DNA of 64,000 bases, taken from an uncultured Verrucomicrobiae bacterium (GTDB taxonomy: Bacteria; Verrucomicrobiota; Verrucomicrobiia; Chthoniobacterales; UBA10450). The stretch lies in assembly GCA_963772365.1 (NCBI GenBank), contig CAVYXA010000006.1, positions 32,001 to 96,000 of the forward strand. The letters run 5' to 3'. Below the pieces are notes generated by a model that saw nothing but the letters and a program-made list of their open reading frames with translations, ran no database searches and was not told where the DNA came from. The number at the start of each line of letters is the position of its first letter. Positions within the stretch are counted from its first letter, which is position 1. This document shows, piece after piece, positions 49,821 to 59,629 of this stretch. The position numbers and the translations under genes were made by a program.

Positions 49821-51479
49821 CTACTGCTGAGTCGATTTCGCCGGCGTCGGTTTGGGCGAAAACTTTGGCATGTTGCGGCGGACGCCGAATAGGTCCTGCA
49901 CATCGAAGAACGCGATGTAAACCATGAACCCGATGATGATAACGGCGCAGGCGGTTTGTATGGCCTCGAGCACTCGCATGTTCACGGGACGCCGCCGCAC
50001 GGCTTCGATAAGGGCAAGCAGGATGTGGCCGCCGTCGAGTACCGGAATTGGAAGCAGATTCAGCAGCGCCAGATTGACATTGAGCACGACGCTGAACCAA
50101 AGCGCCATGCGCCACCCTTCCTTGCTGGAAAGCATTTTGTAGTAAACCTGCATCATCATGACCGGCCCGCTCATGTGCTGAAGGCGCACGTCCGATTTCG
50201 GAGAAGCGATCGCGCCGACGGTGTTAAAGATCGACAACATCGAGGCGCGGATCTGCTCGATTGGCCCCGGATGTTTCACCATCATGTTGCCGTATTGATC
50301 GAGCGTAACGCCGAAGTCTTCACCCCAGATGATTCCGATCCGCGCTGCAGTGTCGCCTTGCGGAACCTCAGGTGTGACTTTCACCTCGCGTTTCGCGCCG
50401 TCGCGCAGGATCGACATCGTCATCGCCTGGTTACCGTGTTGTTTGATGTAATTGGAAATGGCCAGCGTGCTGCGGGCGTTTCTTCCGTCCACGGCTAAAA
50501 CGACGTCACCCGGTTTCAAACCGGCGGCAGCGGCAGGACTATCTTGAAAAACCGTGTCGATCTTCGGATTCCCCGGCTCGAACGGCAGCTGAATCCTCTT
50601 TCCATTCCGATCGATCGTAAGAGAGAGACGCTCATTGGGATGGGCCCGAATGTAGTCCGCGATCCCGAGCATTTCATAAACAGGGTGGCCGTTGATCGCC
50701 AGTATCTTATCGTTAGACCGCAAGTCCGCGTTCGCCGCCGGACTGCCTCGGTCGACTTTCGCAATGACCGGCGTTTCCGCCGGCACGATGCCAATTTCGC
50801 GAAAGCCTTTGCGCATCCATGGTTTCGTCTCGGGAACAATGGGACGCGCTTCCACGGTTTTGGTTTCAGCGTGACCATTCACCATTCGCTCGAATGTGAT
50901 CGGAATCGTCGCGCCTTCGCTTCGGACGATTCGCCATTGAATACTTTCCTCGCTCATCCCGCCAAAGCGGGTCACACGGTGATTATCGACAGATAAGATT
51001 CGGTCACCAGCCATCAATCCAGCTTTCTCAGCGGGAGAATCAGGCAGAACGTACCCAATTGTCGTGGTAGCTTCCGATTCCCCAACGGGACGGCCTACCG
51101 TCCAAATAATCACTGCAAAAACTACCGCCAACAAAAAGCTGAACAGCGGCCCGGCAAACGCGACGATGATCTTGTCTAGCGCGGAGATCTTCGGCAATCG
51201 CGCTCGATCGACATCGGCTTTGCCCTCGATGATGTCCATCGGCGCCAGCTGTGGCAGAGCCACAAACCCGCCAAACGGCAGCGAGCCGAGCGAGTATTGC
51301 ACGCCATTGATCGTCTTTTTCCAAATCGGTTTGCCGAACCAGACCCCGAATTTCTCTATGTAAAGTCCGCGCCAGCGCGCGGCGAGGAAATGGCCCAGCT
51401 CATGAACAACGATGAGCACGTTAAACAGAACCAGGACTTCAAGGACAATGAAGGCAACACGCGCGATGTGAAGAAGCAT
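49821..51479 (-). CDS. rseP: RIP metalloprotease RseP with three PDZ domains
   Basis: HELGH, AGP, NLLPIPVLDGG; position next to dxr. Confidence 0.95.
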   Translation of the reverse strand: MLLHIARVAFIVLEVLVLFNVLIVVHELGHFLAARWRGLYIEKFGVWFGKPIWKKTINGVQYSLGSLPFGGFVALPQLAPMDIIEGKADVDRARLPKISALDKIIVAFAGPLFSFLLAVVFAVIIWTVGRPVGESEATTTIGYVLPDSPAEKAGLMAGDRILSVDNHRVTRFGGMSEESIQWRIVRSEGATIPITFERMVNGHAETKTVEARPIVPETKPWMRKGFREIGIVPAETPVIAKVDRGSPAANADLRSNDKILAINGHPVYEMLGIADYIRAHPNERLSLTIDRNGKRIQLPFEPGNPKIDTVFQDSPAAAAGLKPGDVVLAVDGRNARSTLAISNYIKQHGNQAMTMSILRDGAKREVKVTPEVPQGDTAARIGIIWGEDFGVTLDQYGNMMVKHPGPIEQIRASMLSIFNTVGAIASPKSDVRLQHMSGPVMMMQVYYKMLSSKEGWRMALWFSVVLNVNLALLNLLPIPVLDGGHILLALIEAVRRRPVNMRVLEAIQTACAVIIIGFMVYIAFFDVQDLFGVRRNMPKFSPKPTPAKSTQQ

Positions 51480-51521
51480 GGGAATCGTAATTAGTGATCC
51501 GTCCGTGAAGCCAGCGCCGAT

Positions 51522-52685
51522 TTAACGATTTAAGGATTTAACGAATCTCGTTGCCTCAGCGCGCGCCCATTGATCGGCCCGCAATATGCCATCGAGATCG
51601 GGATGCGCAACGGCCGTATGTCGATCCATGACCTGCTGGACGGTCTGCCAGATTTGCGGGAACCGCACTTGTCGATCCAAAAACGCCGCCACCGCAATTT
51701 CGTTGGCTGCGTTCATCACCGCGGGCATTGTCCCGCCTGTCTCTCCGGCGCGCCGGGCCAGATCCAGCGCGGGGAAATCATTGTAACGCGGCGTGAAAAA
51801 TTCGAGCTTCGACAGTTTGGAGAAATCGAGCGGTGGCAATGTATTGGGAACTCGATCGGGCCAGGTGACCGCATACTGAATCGGGAAACACATGTCCGAA
51901 TAACTCAGTTGGGCGAGAGTCGACCCATCCGCGAACTCGACCATCGAATGGACAATGCTCTGCGGATGAATGACCACTTCGACGCGCTTCATTTCTACCC
52001 CGAACAGCCAGTGAGCCTCGATCATCTCCAGGCCTTTATTAAATAGAGTGGCCGAATCGATCGTGATCTTCGGCCCCATATTCCAAGTAGGGTGCTTCAG
52101 CGCTTGTTCGACCGTAACATCGACAAGTTCCTGCGATGGTGTGTTGCGAAAGGGCCCGCCGGAAGCGGTGAGGATAATCCGGCGAACGTCGTCTTGAACC
52201 CTTCCTTCCAGGCATTGAAAAATCGCGTTGTGCTCCGAATCGACCGGCAAAACGTGGACTCTCTTGTCACGTGCTTCTCGCATCACAATTTCGCCGGCCA
52301 TGACTAAAATTTCCTTGCTTGCGACGGCGAGATCTTTTCCGGCTTCAATCGCTGCCAGCGCGGGCCGCAATCCGCCGGTGCCAACGATTGCGATCAGGAC
52401 CATGTCCGCGTTCGTTAAGCTGGCGATCTCTCGCAAGCCGTTTTCACCGGTGAAGATTTTCGGCTTGTACTCAAGATCGCTTCGCAGGATGTCGATCTTT
52501 GTTTCATCCACCAGACAAACTGCCTCGGCACGGGTCTGATTTGCGGCGGCAGCCAGCTTCTTCGCATTAGAGTTCGCCGCCAGACCTGCGATTTGCATTC
52601 GGTCCGGAATATCGCGCGCGACTTTCAGTGCACTCTCGCCGATCGATCCCGTCGCACCCAAGACGATCACCCGTTTACGTTTCAT
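51522..52685 (-). CDS. dxr: 1-deoxy-D-xylulose-5-phosphate reductoisomerase
   Basis: LGATGSIG, LPVDSEH, TASGGPF, HPTWNMG.KITIDSAT, NAANE. Confidence 0.98.
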   Translation of the reverse strand: MKRKRVIVLGATGSIGESALKVARDIPDRMQIAGLAANSNAKKLAAAANQTRAEAVCLVDETKIDILRSDLEYKPKIFTGENGLREIASLTNADMVLIAIVGTGGLRPALAAIEAGKDLAVASKEILVMAGEIVMREARDKRVHVLPVDSEHNAIFQCLEGRVQDDVRRIILTASGGPFRNTPSQELVDVTVEQALKHPTWNMGPKITIDSATLFNKGLEMIEAHWLFGVEMKRVEVVIHPQSIVHSMVEFADGSTLAQLSYSDMCFPIQYAVTWPDRVPNTLPPLDFSKLSKLEFFTPRYNDFPALDLARRAGETGGTMPAVMNAANEIAVAAFLDRQVRFPQIWQTVQQVMDRHTAVAHPDLDGILRADQWARAEATRFVKSLNR

Positions 52686-53150
52686 TTTCTGACAGAATGA
52701 ACAGAATAAACAAAATAGTCTAAAGAGACACCTGTTCTTGTTTTGGAATGCGGAACTTTTTCTTAAATCCAAGGCGTTCAGCTCCGAAATTCAAGAGCAA
52801 CCTCTGATCGATCCGAGTGGCGATGAGGTAGTTTACAAGTTGAACTTCGTGTGCTTTCGCGAGCGATTGGATGGCTTTAAGTTCGACAATCAGCGAGTCG
52901 TTCACCAACAAATCAGCTGCAAAGGCGCCGACAAGCTGGCAGTCATAATGCACACTGATTGGTCTTTCCACTTCGGCCTTGAATCCGCCTTTTCGTAACT
53001 CCCAAATCAAAGCGTTCTGGTAAACCGACTCGAGAAACCCTGCTCCGAGAGCCGAATGCACCTTCATCGCTGCCCCGATGACTTGTCCGCACAGATCGTA
53101 GTTCTTTCTGATCTCCTCCATTCTGACCATTCTGTTAATTCTGTCAGAAA
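52686..53150. mobile_element. GxxExxY gene cassette bounded by 22-bp inverted repeats
   Basis: tttctgacagaatgaacagaat (52686-52707) versus attctgttaattctgtcagaaa (53129-53150): 21 of 22 complementary. Confidence 0.7.
52720..53121 (-). CDS. GxxExxY protein (PD-(D/E)XK nuclease-like)
   Basis: VHSALGAGFLESVYQ, ADLLV, IVELKA, QLVNYL, LLLNFG. Confidence 0.92.
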   Translation of the reverse strand: MEEIRKNYDLCGQVIGAAMKVHSALGAGFLESVYQNALIWELRKGGFKAEVERPISVHYDCQLVGAFAADLLVNDSLIVELKAIQSLAKAHEVQLVNYLIATRIDQRLLLNFGAERLGFKKKFRIPKQEQVSL

Positions 53151-53154
53151 GTCT

Positions 53155-54072
53155 TCACGGCACATGCAAGATCAGCCGCATGTAGAAAAACAAAACCGGC
53201 GCGGTGAAGAGCAGACTGTCGATCAAATCGAGGGCACCGCCGATTCCGGGTAGCATGTTTCCCGAATCTTTTACGCCGGTGCTGCGCTTGATCAACGATT
53301 CGGCCAGATCACCGACAACCGCTGCAAAACCGAGCAGCAACCCGAGAATCGTTGCGTGCGTCCAAGTCAGCATCGACAAGTGATCAGGCATTAGTTTGAA
53401 CAATCCCAAACTGCACAAGAGCGCGAAAGCCAGACCGCCGAAAAATCCTTCCCAGGTTTTCTTGGCGCTGATCTGTGGCGTCATCTGATGACGCCCAATG
53501 ACGCTTCCGGTCAGATACGCGCCCATATCACTGAATTTCGTGACCGCGATGAGATACAGACAATAAAATTGTCCCGTCACAATACCCACCTCGGAGCGCG
53601 GCGTGAGGTAAACAATCTTGGTCGTAAAATTGAAAAGCCAAAGCACATACAGCAGACCGAACAATGTGTAAGCCATCGTCTTGAGTGGTTCATCGTGACG
53701 GAGACGGGCGAACATTTGCCGGGCAAACATGGTGAGCAGAAAAAAGAGCAGCACCGCGATTTCAAAATCGTAGGAATGCTCCGGACCGCCCGGCTGGGAG
53801 AAGTAATAAAAACTCCCCGCCAACATCACCGCACCGCAGATCATAGCGGTGATCTTGAAATTCGGCAGATGATCGTGATCGAGCATCCGGTAGAATTCCC
53901 AAAGCGCGATCAGCCCGAACGCGCTAATCAACAGCCAGAATAAGACCTCATAGCCTGAAAACGCGATAAAGAGCGCGATCGCCCAAAGAGAGACCGTCGA
54001 TAAAAACCGCAACACGAAAACCGCTCGGCGCGGCTTCGTTATCGGCTCGGATTGCTCAAGGGTCACAGACAT
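53155..54072 (-). CDS. cdsA: Phosphatidate cytidylyltransferase
   Basis: SDMGAY..G, ISAKKTWEG, GDLAES.IKR..GVKDSG..LPG.GGALD..DS. Confidence 0.95.
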   Translation of the reverse strand: MSVTLEQSEPITKPRRAVFVLRFLSTVSLWAIALFIAFSGYEVLFWLLISAFGLIALWEFYRMLDHDHLPNFKITAMICGAVMLAGSFYYFSQPGGPEHSYDFEIAVLLFFLLTMFARQMFARLRHDEPLKTMAYTLFGLLYVLWLFNFTTKIVYLTPRSEVGIVTGQFYCLYLIAVTKFSDMGAYLTGSVIGRHQMTPQISAKKTWEGFFGGLAFALLCSLGLFKLMPDHLSMLTWTHATILGLLLGFAAVVGDLAESLIKRSTGVKDSGNMLPGIGGALDLIDSLLFTAPVLFFYMRLILHVP

Positions 54073-54105
54073 GGTCGTCCATCATCCTGACCGGAGACAA
54101 TTTTG

Positions 54106-54178
54106 TCCACAGATTACGCAGATTTTCCTGCTTGGAATTCCAAATCACGAATCTGCGTGAATCTCGGAAATCTGCGGA
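54106..54178. repeat. Imperfect inverted repeat with periodic units (ccacagattacgcagatt ... aatctgcgtgaatctcggaaatctgcgga)
   Basis: Arms are reverse complements; same architecture as 657-730. Confidence 0.7.
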
Positions 54179-54190
54179 TATTCTGCGCTC

Positions 54191-55234
54191 ATGCAGAAAA
54201 CGATGAAAGCCATCGTGAAATCAAAGGCCGAGCCTGGACTTTGGCTCGACGATGTGCCGGTGCCGGAAGTGAAAGGCGACGATGTCCTGATTCGGGTTCG
54301 CAAAACATCCATCTGCGGAACCGACGTACACATTTACAACTGGGATGAGTGGGCCCAGAAAACGATTCCGGTACCGATGACGATTGGCCATGAGTTTGTT
54401 GGCGTTGTCGATCTTGTTGGCGATCATGTCAAAGGTTTTGCCAAGGGCGATCTGGTCGTGGGCGAAGGCCACATCACCTGCGGTCATTGTCGGAATTGCC
54501 TTGCTGGCCGGCGCCATCTTTGTCCAAACACACAGGGCGTGGGAGTGAACCGGCCCGGTGCATTTGCCGAATTTGTCGCCATCCCGCAGGACAACTGCTG
54601 GCATGCCGATCCGTCAATCTCGCTCGATGTTCTTTCCTGTTTCGATCCGTTAGGCAATGCAGTGCATACGGCGCTTACTTTCGATCTCGTTGGTGAAGAT
54701 GTGCTCATCACCGGCGCCGGGCCGATCGGCTGTATGGCCATCCCGATCTGCAAACACGCCGGGGCGCGTCACGTCATGATCACCGATGTGAATTCGTATC
54801 GGCTCGACCTCGCCCGGAAAATGGGCGCGACGGTCGCCCTGGACGTGCGCGCCGAGAAAGTCGCCGATGCCATGCACAAGCTCGGAATGAAAGAAGGTTT
54901 CGATGTCGCGCTGGAGATGTCGGGCAATCCCAAAGCGTTTGCCGATATTTTGCCGAACATGTTTCACGGAGGGAAAATCGCACTGCTGGGGATCATGCCC
55001 GGAAGCGCTGCTATCGATTGGAACACTGTCGTGTTCAATCAACTGACCTTGCAGGGAATTTACGGTCGCGAGATGTATGAAACCTGGTACAAAATGACCG
55101 CGCTGATCCAGAGCGGAGTTGATATTTCGCCAGTGATCACTCATCGCTTCCCCTCCACCCAATTCAAAGAAGCGATTGAGCTGATGAAATCCGGTAACTC
55201 CGGCAAGATCGTGCTGGATTGGAGCGAACGTTAG
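54191..55234 (+). CDS. tdh: L-threonine 3-dehydrogenase
   Basis: [32 protein letters not shown]...[16 protein letters not shown]. Confidence 0.97.
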   Translation: MQKTMKAIVKSKAEPGLWLDDVPVPEVKGDDVLIRVRKTSICGTDVHIYNWDEWAQKTIPVPMTIGHEFVGVVDLVGDHVKGFAKGDLVVGEGHITCGHCRNCLAGRRHLCPNTQGVGVNRPGAFAEFVAIPQDNCWHADPSISLDVLSCFDPLGNAVHTALTFDLVGEDVLITGAGPIGCMAIPICKHAGARHVMITDVNSYRLDLARKMGATVALDVRAEKVADAMHKLGMKEGFDVALEMSGNPKAFADILPNMFHGGKIALLGIMPGSAAIDWNTVVFNQLTLQGIYGREMYETWYKMTALIQSGVDISPVITHRFPSTQFKEAIELMKSGNSGKIVLDWSER

Positions 55235-55244
55235 TCACGACGCA

Positions 55245-55814
55245 ATGAACGCGAAGGATGTAACAGCGATTATTCGCGAAAAGGCTTCCGAAGCCGCACG
55301 AGCGGGCGCCACGCAAGTTCCACTTTCAAACCTTCGGCTACTAATCGACCAGATTGATCGAAATACGTCAGCCGACCCCGCGAAAACACCTTTCGGCCTA
55401 CTTTTCAATGCAAATCATGAAACTGCGCTCGCCAAGTATCGGGTTCGCACGGACTTCGCCTTGGAGCACTTCAAGTCCGTAATAGCGGTCGGTCAAACAG
55501 CGCTAAAATCGATGTTTCTAATAAATGGTGGTGCTGCAGTCGCGGTTCTTGCGTTCGCAGGCCACTTAGCAACGTCGTGTGAAACCGCAGTCGTCCAAAC
55601 ATTGGCTTTTCCGCTCGCTTGTTTTGTTACTGGTTTGCTGTTCGTCACGGTTGCCTCCGGGTTGACGTATCTTGCACAACGCGCCTATGCGAGAAGGCTA
55701 CGCGGACGAGGTAATCGGCTAAACGCGGCAATCATTACTGCGGGCGCGCTCTCTGTCGTTGCCTTCGCAGTTGGATCTTGCCTTGCGTACCTAGCGCTTG
55801 CGAAGTTTTCGTAG
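55245..55814 (+). CDS. Hypothetical membrane protein (about three C-terminal TM segments)
   Basis: 189 aa ORF; LINGGAAVAVLAF motif. Confidence 0.7.
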   Translation: MNAKDVTAIIREKASEAARAGATQVPLSNLRLLIDQIDRNTSADPAKTPFGLLFNANHETALAKYRVRTDFALEHFKSVIAVGQTALKSMFLINGGAAVAVLAFAGHLATSCETAVVQTLAFPLACFVTGLLFVTVASGLTYLAQRAYARRLRGRGNRLNAAIITAGALSVVAFAVGSCLAYLALAKFS

Positions 55815-55878
55815 ATCGGGACTAAGGTTGATCTAAAAAATTACGAGCACGCGGTTTGCTTTCGTCGCGGCCTCCCAC

Positions 55879-56112
55879 CTATTGCTTTACGAGTTTCGCA
55901 ACAGGCAAGCCAGTGGCAATTGTCCCGTTTTGGTCACCGATCGCCCGTAGTTGCCTCTGCACCTCTTGAATAGCGTTCACTAGATCGCGTGTGAAGAGTA
56001 CTACGTCGACCTCTACTTCTCGCCCGCCTATGTTCAGTTTCACGCGGGCAGTTGCATGTTCGGATTGCTCCATTGCTGGCACGGGAAGATTTTCAGCAGT
56101 AATCGTGCTCAT
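55879..56112 (-). CDS. Small hypothetical protein
   Basis: 77 aa; 4-nt ATGA overlap with the upstream gene. Confidence 0.55.
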   Translation of the reverse strand: MSTITAENLPVPAMEQSEHATARVKLNIGGREVEVDVVLFTRDLVNAIQEVQRQLRAIGDQNGTIATGLPVAKLVKQ

Positions 56113-56984
56113 GATCGTTGAGTTAAGCTAGCGCTGTTTTTGGCAATTTCCTCAATCGGGCGATGAATTCCATCGGCGATTCCCAAAAGTAGATCGACGT
56201 CGAAGAATCGCTTAAAAACGTTAAGACGATTGCTGTCGATACAAAGAAATCCGACAACCCGATCTTTTGCCGTTTCGCGAAGCGAACAAATCGGAGCCAC
56301 TATTGTACTGCGGTAGGGAAGGGGCCATCGGATGTATCGAATTATCGAACGTTCTTCACTGAAAGAATCGTGACCATATCGTTTGAAACTCGTATTCCGA
56401 TATCCATAGTGGAACGGAAGACGGTTCCCGAGAAAGTATCGCTGTCCGCCGTGATGAAATCGTTCCAAGATCATTACAAAGTCGGAGTTTTCTTCCACCC
56501 AATGAATGATTTTCGGATCTCCGATCGGCCTTGAGTGAAGGCTCTCTGTATCCCGGAATGCAGTGTCTGCAGCCAGCCGCTTTGTTCCGTGCCCATCTGT
56601 GCGCCAACTAAGCACTTTAATGCAACATGCGCACTTTGCTCCAGTGATCGTCGTGTAGGCTTTGGCGATATGATCACAAAATATATTCAAATCCGCTGAG
56701 ACCTGTGAAAGGTTCAGATTTCGCGAATCTAAACCATGAACGAAACTAAAGGCCAGGTTGATTGAGGACAAGGCCGACCCATACTTCGCTGCCCTGCTTA
56801 GCGTCGCTTTGTTATAGAGCGATTCCACAAAGAACCACGCGGCAAAACAAGAAATTACAACCAAACCGATCTTGGCTTCGGCATTTGCGAATTTCCACAA
56901 GTTTGCAATCAGCGTGAAAATCGCAATTAAGCCTGCGACAAGCCCAATTGCCGAAATAATGTAGTCACGAAGTATCCTGTACAC
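56109..56984 (-). CDS. Hypothetical protein with two N-terminal TM segments and a GAF-like C-terminal domain
   Basis: YRSTIVAPI...VVGFLCIDS...F...DVDLL pattern. Confidence 0.7.
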   Translation of the reverse strand: MYRILRDYIISAIGLVAGLIAIFTLIANLWKFANAEAKIGLVVISCFAAWFFVESLYNKATLSRAAKYGSALSSINLAFSFVHGLDSRNLNLSQVSADLNIFCDHIAKAYTTITGAKCACCIKVLSWRTDGHGTKRLAADTAFRDTESLHSRPIGDPKIIHWVEENSDFVMILERFHHGGQRYFLGNRLPFHYGYRNTSFKRYGHDSFSEERSIIRYIRWPLPYRSTIVAPICSLRETAKDRVVGFLCIDSNRLNVFKRFFDVDLLLGIADGIHRPIEEIAKNSASLTQRS

Positions 56985-57100
56985 TCTGAGGGAAACCCGA
57001 GATTATTGATTCGAATGAATTTTAGGTTGCCCTAAAGTGTTCAACTCATCGCCAGAAAAGGTCAAGACAAATGGCATGCACTAAAAAAACGCCAATGTTT

Positions 57101-57123
57101 GCGGGTGAGACACCTGCCTCTAC
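57101..57123 (-). repeat. GTAG-type REP half
   Basis: Minus strand GTAGAG-GCAGGTG-TCT-CACCCGC hairpin. Confidence 0.6.
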
Positions 57124-57132
57124 ACTTCCGGC

Positions 57133-57723
57133 GTGAATGACAAAGGGGGCTGGCAAACAATTTCGAGCGAGGAGCATTTTGCCAATCCTCATCTCAGAGT
57201 TGTGACCAATCAGGTAAAAACACCGAGGCGTTCCAAGGCGCGAACCTGGACTGTTGTGCATCGTAAAGCGGCTGTAATCGTCGCGCCCATGACCAGGGAC
57301 GGAAAAATTTTGCTGATCCAACAAGAGCGCGTTCCGATTCGCGATTGCATTTGGGAAATGCCCGCCGGTCAGCTCGACAATGACGAGACGAACGACGACG
57401 AGATCAAAAAGGTGGCCCTTCGCGAATTGCGGGAGGAGACCGGTTATGAATTGGCTGAAGGCGGCGAGATTGTCGATCTCGGCCGTTATTTCTCTTCGCC
57501 GGGGTTCACGGATGAATTTGGCTATCTTTTTCTGGCGCGTCCGGTGGAACGCTCCAGCTGGGGCGGCGCCCAGGAGGAGACGGAATCGATTCTCGACTGC
57601 CGCGCCTTCACCATTCCGGAAATTCGGCGGATGATCTCGGATAACGAGATTCGCGATGCCAATACTCTCGGAATGTGCGCCCGGCTGGCGGCGCGCGGTT
57701 ACATCTCGCTTGCGCCGCGCTGA
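57133..57723 (+). CDS. NUDIX hydrolase (ADP-ribose pyrophosphatase-like)
   Basis: WEMPAG...ALRELREETG, SSPGFTDE. Confidence 0.92.
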   Translation: MNDKGGWQTISSEEHFANPHLRVVTNQVKTPRRSKARTWTVVHRKAAVIVAPMTRDGKILLIQQERVPIRDCIWEMPAGQLDNDETNDDEIKKVALRELREETGYELAEGGEIVDLGRYFSSPGFTDEFGYLFLARPVERSSWGGAQEETESILDCRAFTIPEIRRMISDNEIRDANTLGMCARLAARGYISLAPR

Positions 57724-57728
57724 TTGCA

Positions 57729-58532
57729 ATGGTTCTTCGCGACATCTTTAAATTCCGCGAGTTGCCCGAGAGCGAAACGTCCAAGCCGTTCCTGGAACAT
57801 CTGGAAGACTTGCGTTGGACCATCGTGAAGATGGCCATCACGATGGTGGTCGCGATGGTTATTTGCTTCGCCTTTCGCGCTTTTCTTGTCCGGATCATGC
57901 AAGCACCTCTGCAGGAAGTGGGATCGCAAGTTGGCACGCTCAAGGCCCTCGGCATCACAGATTCGATCGTGATCTCGTTTCATCTCGCGTTTTATGCCGG
58001 GATCGTTCTCTCGTTCCCACTTCTTCTCTATTTCGTGGCGGAATTTATTTTGCCGGCGCTCACGATTGTGGAGAAACGTTTTTTGCTTCCCGCGATTTTC
58101 GTAAGCTTCGCGCTTTTTCTGACGGGCGTTGTAATCTGTTATTTCTGGCTCTTGCCCAAAACGATTCTCTTTTTCTTTCGTGACACGCAATCGCTCGGGT
58201 GGGCGCCGACCTGGACGGTGCAGCAATATTATTCGTTTGTGACGCGATTTACTCTGGGATTTGGTCTGGCCTTCGAGCTGCCGGTGATCGTTTTGGCTTT
58301 AGTGAAATTCAGGTTGCTCACCTATAGATTCATGGCCCGCACTCGGCCGTATGCGATTGTTCTCATCTTTATTGCGGCAACCATCATTACGCCTACTCCA
58401 GATATCCTGACCCTGATTGCAATGAGTCTGCCAATGTGTCTTCTCTATGAGAGTTGCATCTGGATTGCCTGGTTTATGGAGCGACGAAGATCGACATCAG
58501 CCCATTTGGACTCTTCCGGCCCCGTTTCATGA
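57729..58532 (+). CDS. tatC: Twin-arginine translocase subunit TatC
   Basis: FLEHLEDLR, FILPAL...EK, FELPV, ITPTPD, LYE. Confidence 0.95.
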   Translation: MVLRDIFKFRELPESETSKPFLEHLEDLRWTIVKMAITMVVAMVICFAFRAFLVRIMQAPLQEVGSQVGTLKALGITDSIVISFHLAFYAGIVLSFPLLLYFVAEFILPALTIVEKRFLLPAIFVSFALFLTGVVICYFWLLPKTILFFFRDTQSLGWAPTWTVQQYYSFVTRFTLGFGLAFELPVIVLALVKFRLLTYRFMARTRPYAIVLIFIAATIITPTPDILTLIAMSLPMCLLYESCIWIAWFMERRRSTSAHLDSSGPVS

Positions 58533-59623
58533 GCGATCAAAGCTACCGGATTATTTTTGACCTGTTCGCGTTTGTGCTCGGCGCGGCCATCGGTTCGTTC
58601 CTGAACGTCTGCATCTATCGATTACCGCTCGAACTCTCGATCAATAAACCGCGCCGATCGTTTTGCCCCAACTGCAAGCAACCGATCCCATGGCATCAGA
58701 ATTTACCTTTGATCAGTTGGCCACTACTCCGCGGTCGCTGCACTTATTGCGGCGTTCGGATCGCCTTTCGTTATTTTGCCGTCGAGCTTCTCACGGCCCT
58801 GCTGTTTCTGGCCATCTGGAAAGCTTTTCCCTGGCAAATCGCGATCGCCTATTGGGTCTTTGTTTCGCTGATTGTGATCGGCACGTTCGTCGATGTTGAG
58901 CATTTCATCATTCCTGATCAGATCACGATCGGCGGAACTGTGGCAGGAATCTGCGCCAGCCTGGCAGTGCCAGCTTTGATGAATACCGATTCGCGTGTGG
59001 CTGCGTTGGTCCGATCGGTTCTCGCCGCCGCGCTCGGTTATGTGATTCTCCTGCTCGTTCTGGAAGCCGGCAAAATCGCTTTTGGGAAGAAACGGGTCCA
59101 GCTCGATGCGCCGACCCCGTTTACCTGGAAGCGTCAGGGCGATGATGCCGAATTCGTCGTCGGCAGTGAACAAAGTCTGTGGAGCGATTATTTCGCGCGG
59201 GAAACAGATCGATTACTGCTCTATTGCGACGAAGCGAGGATCGACAATCAAACTTTTGGCAGCACGACGCTGGAATTCCACTACGACCGCGTCGCAGCGG
59301 AAGGAGAGAAATTGGTTCTCGACAATGTGAAGGAAATCACCGGCGTCGTCCGGGAGCTTCAGATCCCGCGCGAAGCGATGGGGCGCGGGGATTTGAAATT
59401 TCTCGCTGCAATAGGCGCATTCCTCGGATGGCGTGCCGTCTTGTTCAGCGTCTTTGCCGGGTCGTTGCTGGGCTCGTTAGTCGGCCTTTTTACTCTCCTG
59501 GTGGGAAAGCGAGTCTGGTCGGCCAAGTTGCCGTTCGGCCCATATCTTTCATTCGGCGCTCTTGTCTGGATGTTTTTTGGAAATGATTTTGTCCGGTGGT
59601 ATCTCCGATTATTGAATCCCTGA
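58529..59623 (+). CDS. pilD: Prepilin peptidase/N-methyltransferase (A24) with an internal soluble insertion
   Basis: GSFLNVCIYRLP, CPNC..CTYC, MGRGDLK, PFGPYL. Confidence 0.92.
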   Translation: MSDQSYRIIFDLFAFVLGAAIGSFLNVCIYRLPLELSINKPRRSFCPNCKQPIPWHQNLPLISWPLLRGRCTYCGVRIAFRYFAVELLTALLFLAIWKAFPWQIAIAYWVFVSLIVIGTFVDVEHFIIPDQITIGGTVAGICASLAVPALMNTDSRVAALVRSVLAAALGYVILLLVLEAGKIAFGKKRVQLDAPTPFTWKRQGDDAEFVVGSEQSLWSDYFARETDRLLLYCDEARIDNQTFGSTTLEFHYDRVAAEGEKLVLDNVKEITGVVRELQIPREAMGRGDLKFLAAIGAFLGWRAVLFSVFAGSLLGSLVGLFTLLVGKRVWSAKLPFGPYLSFGALVWMFFGNDFVRWYLRLLNP

Positions 59624-59629
59624 GGGTCA

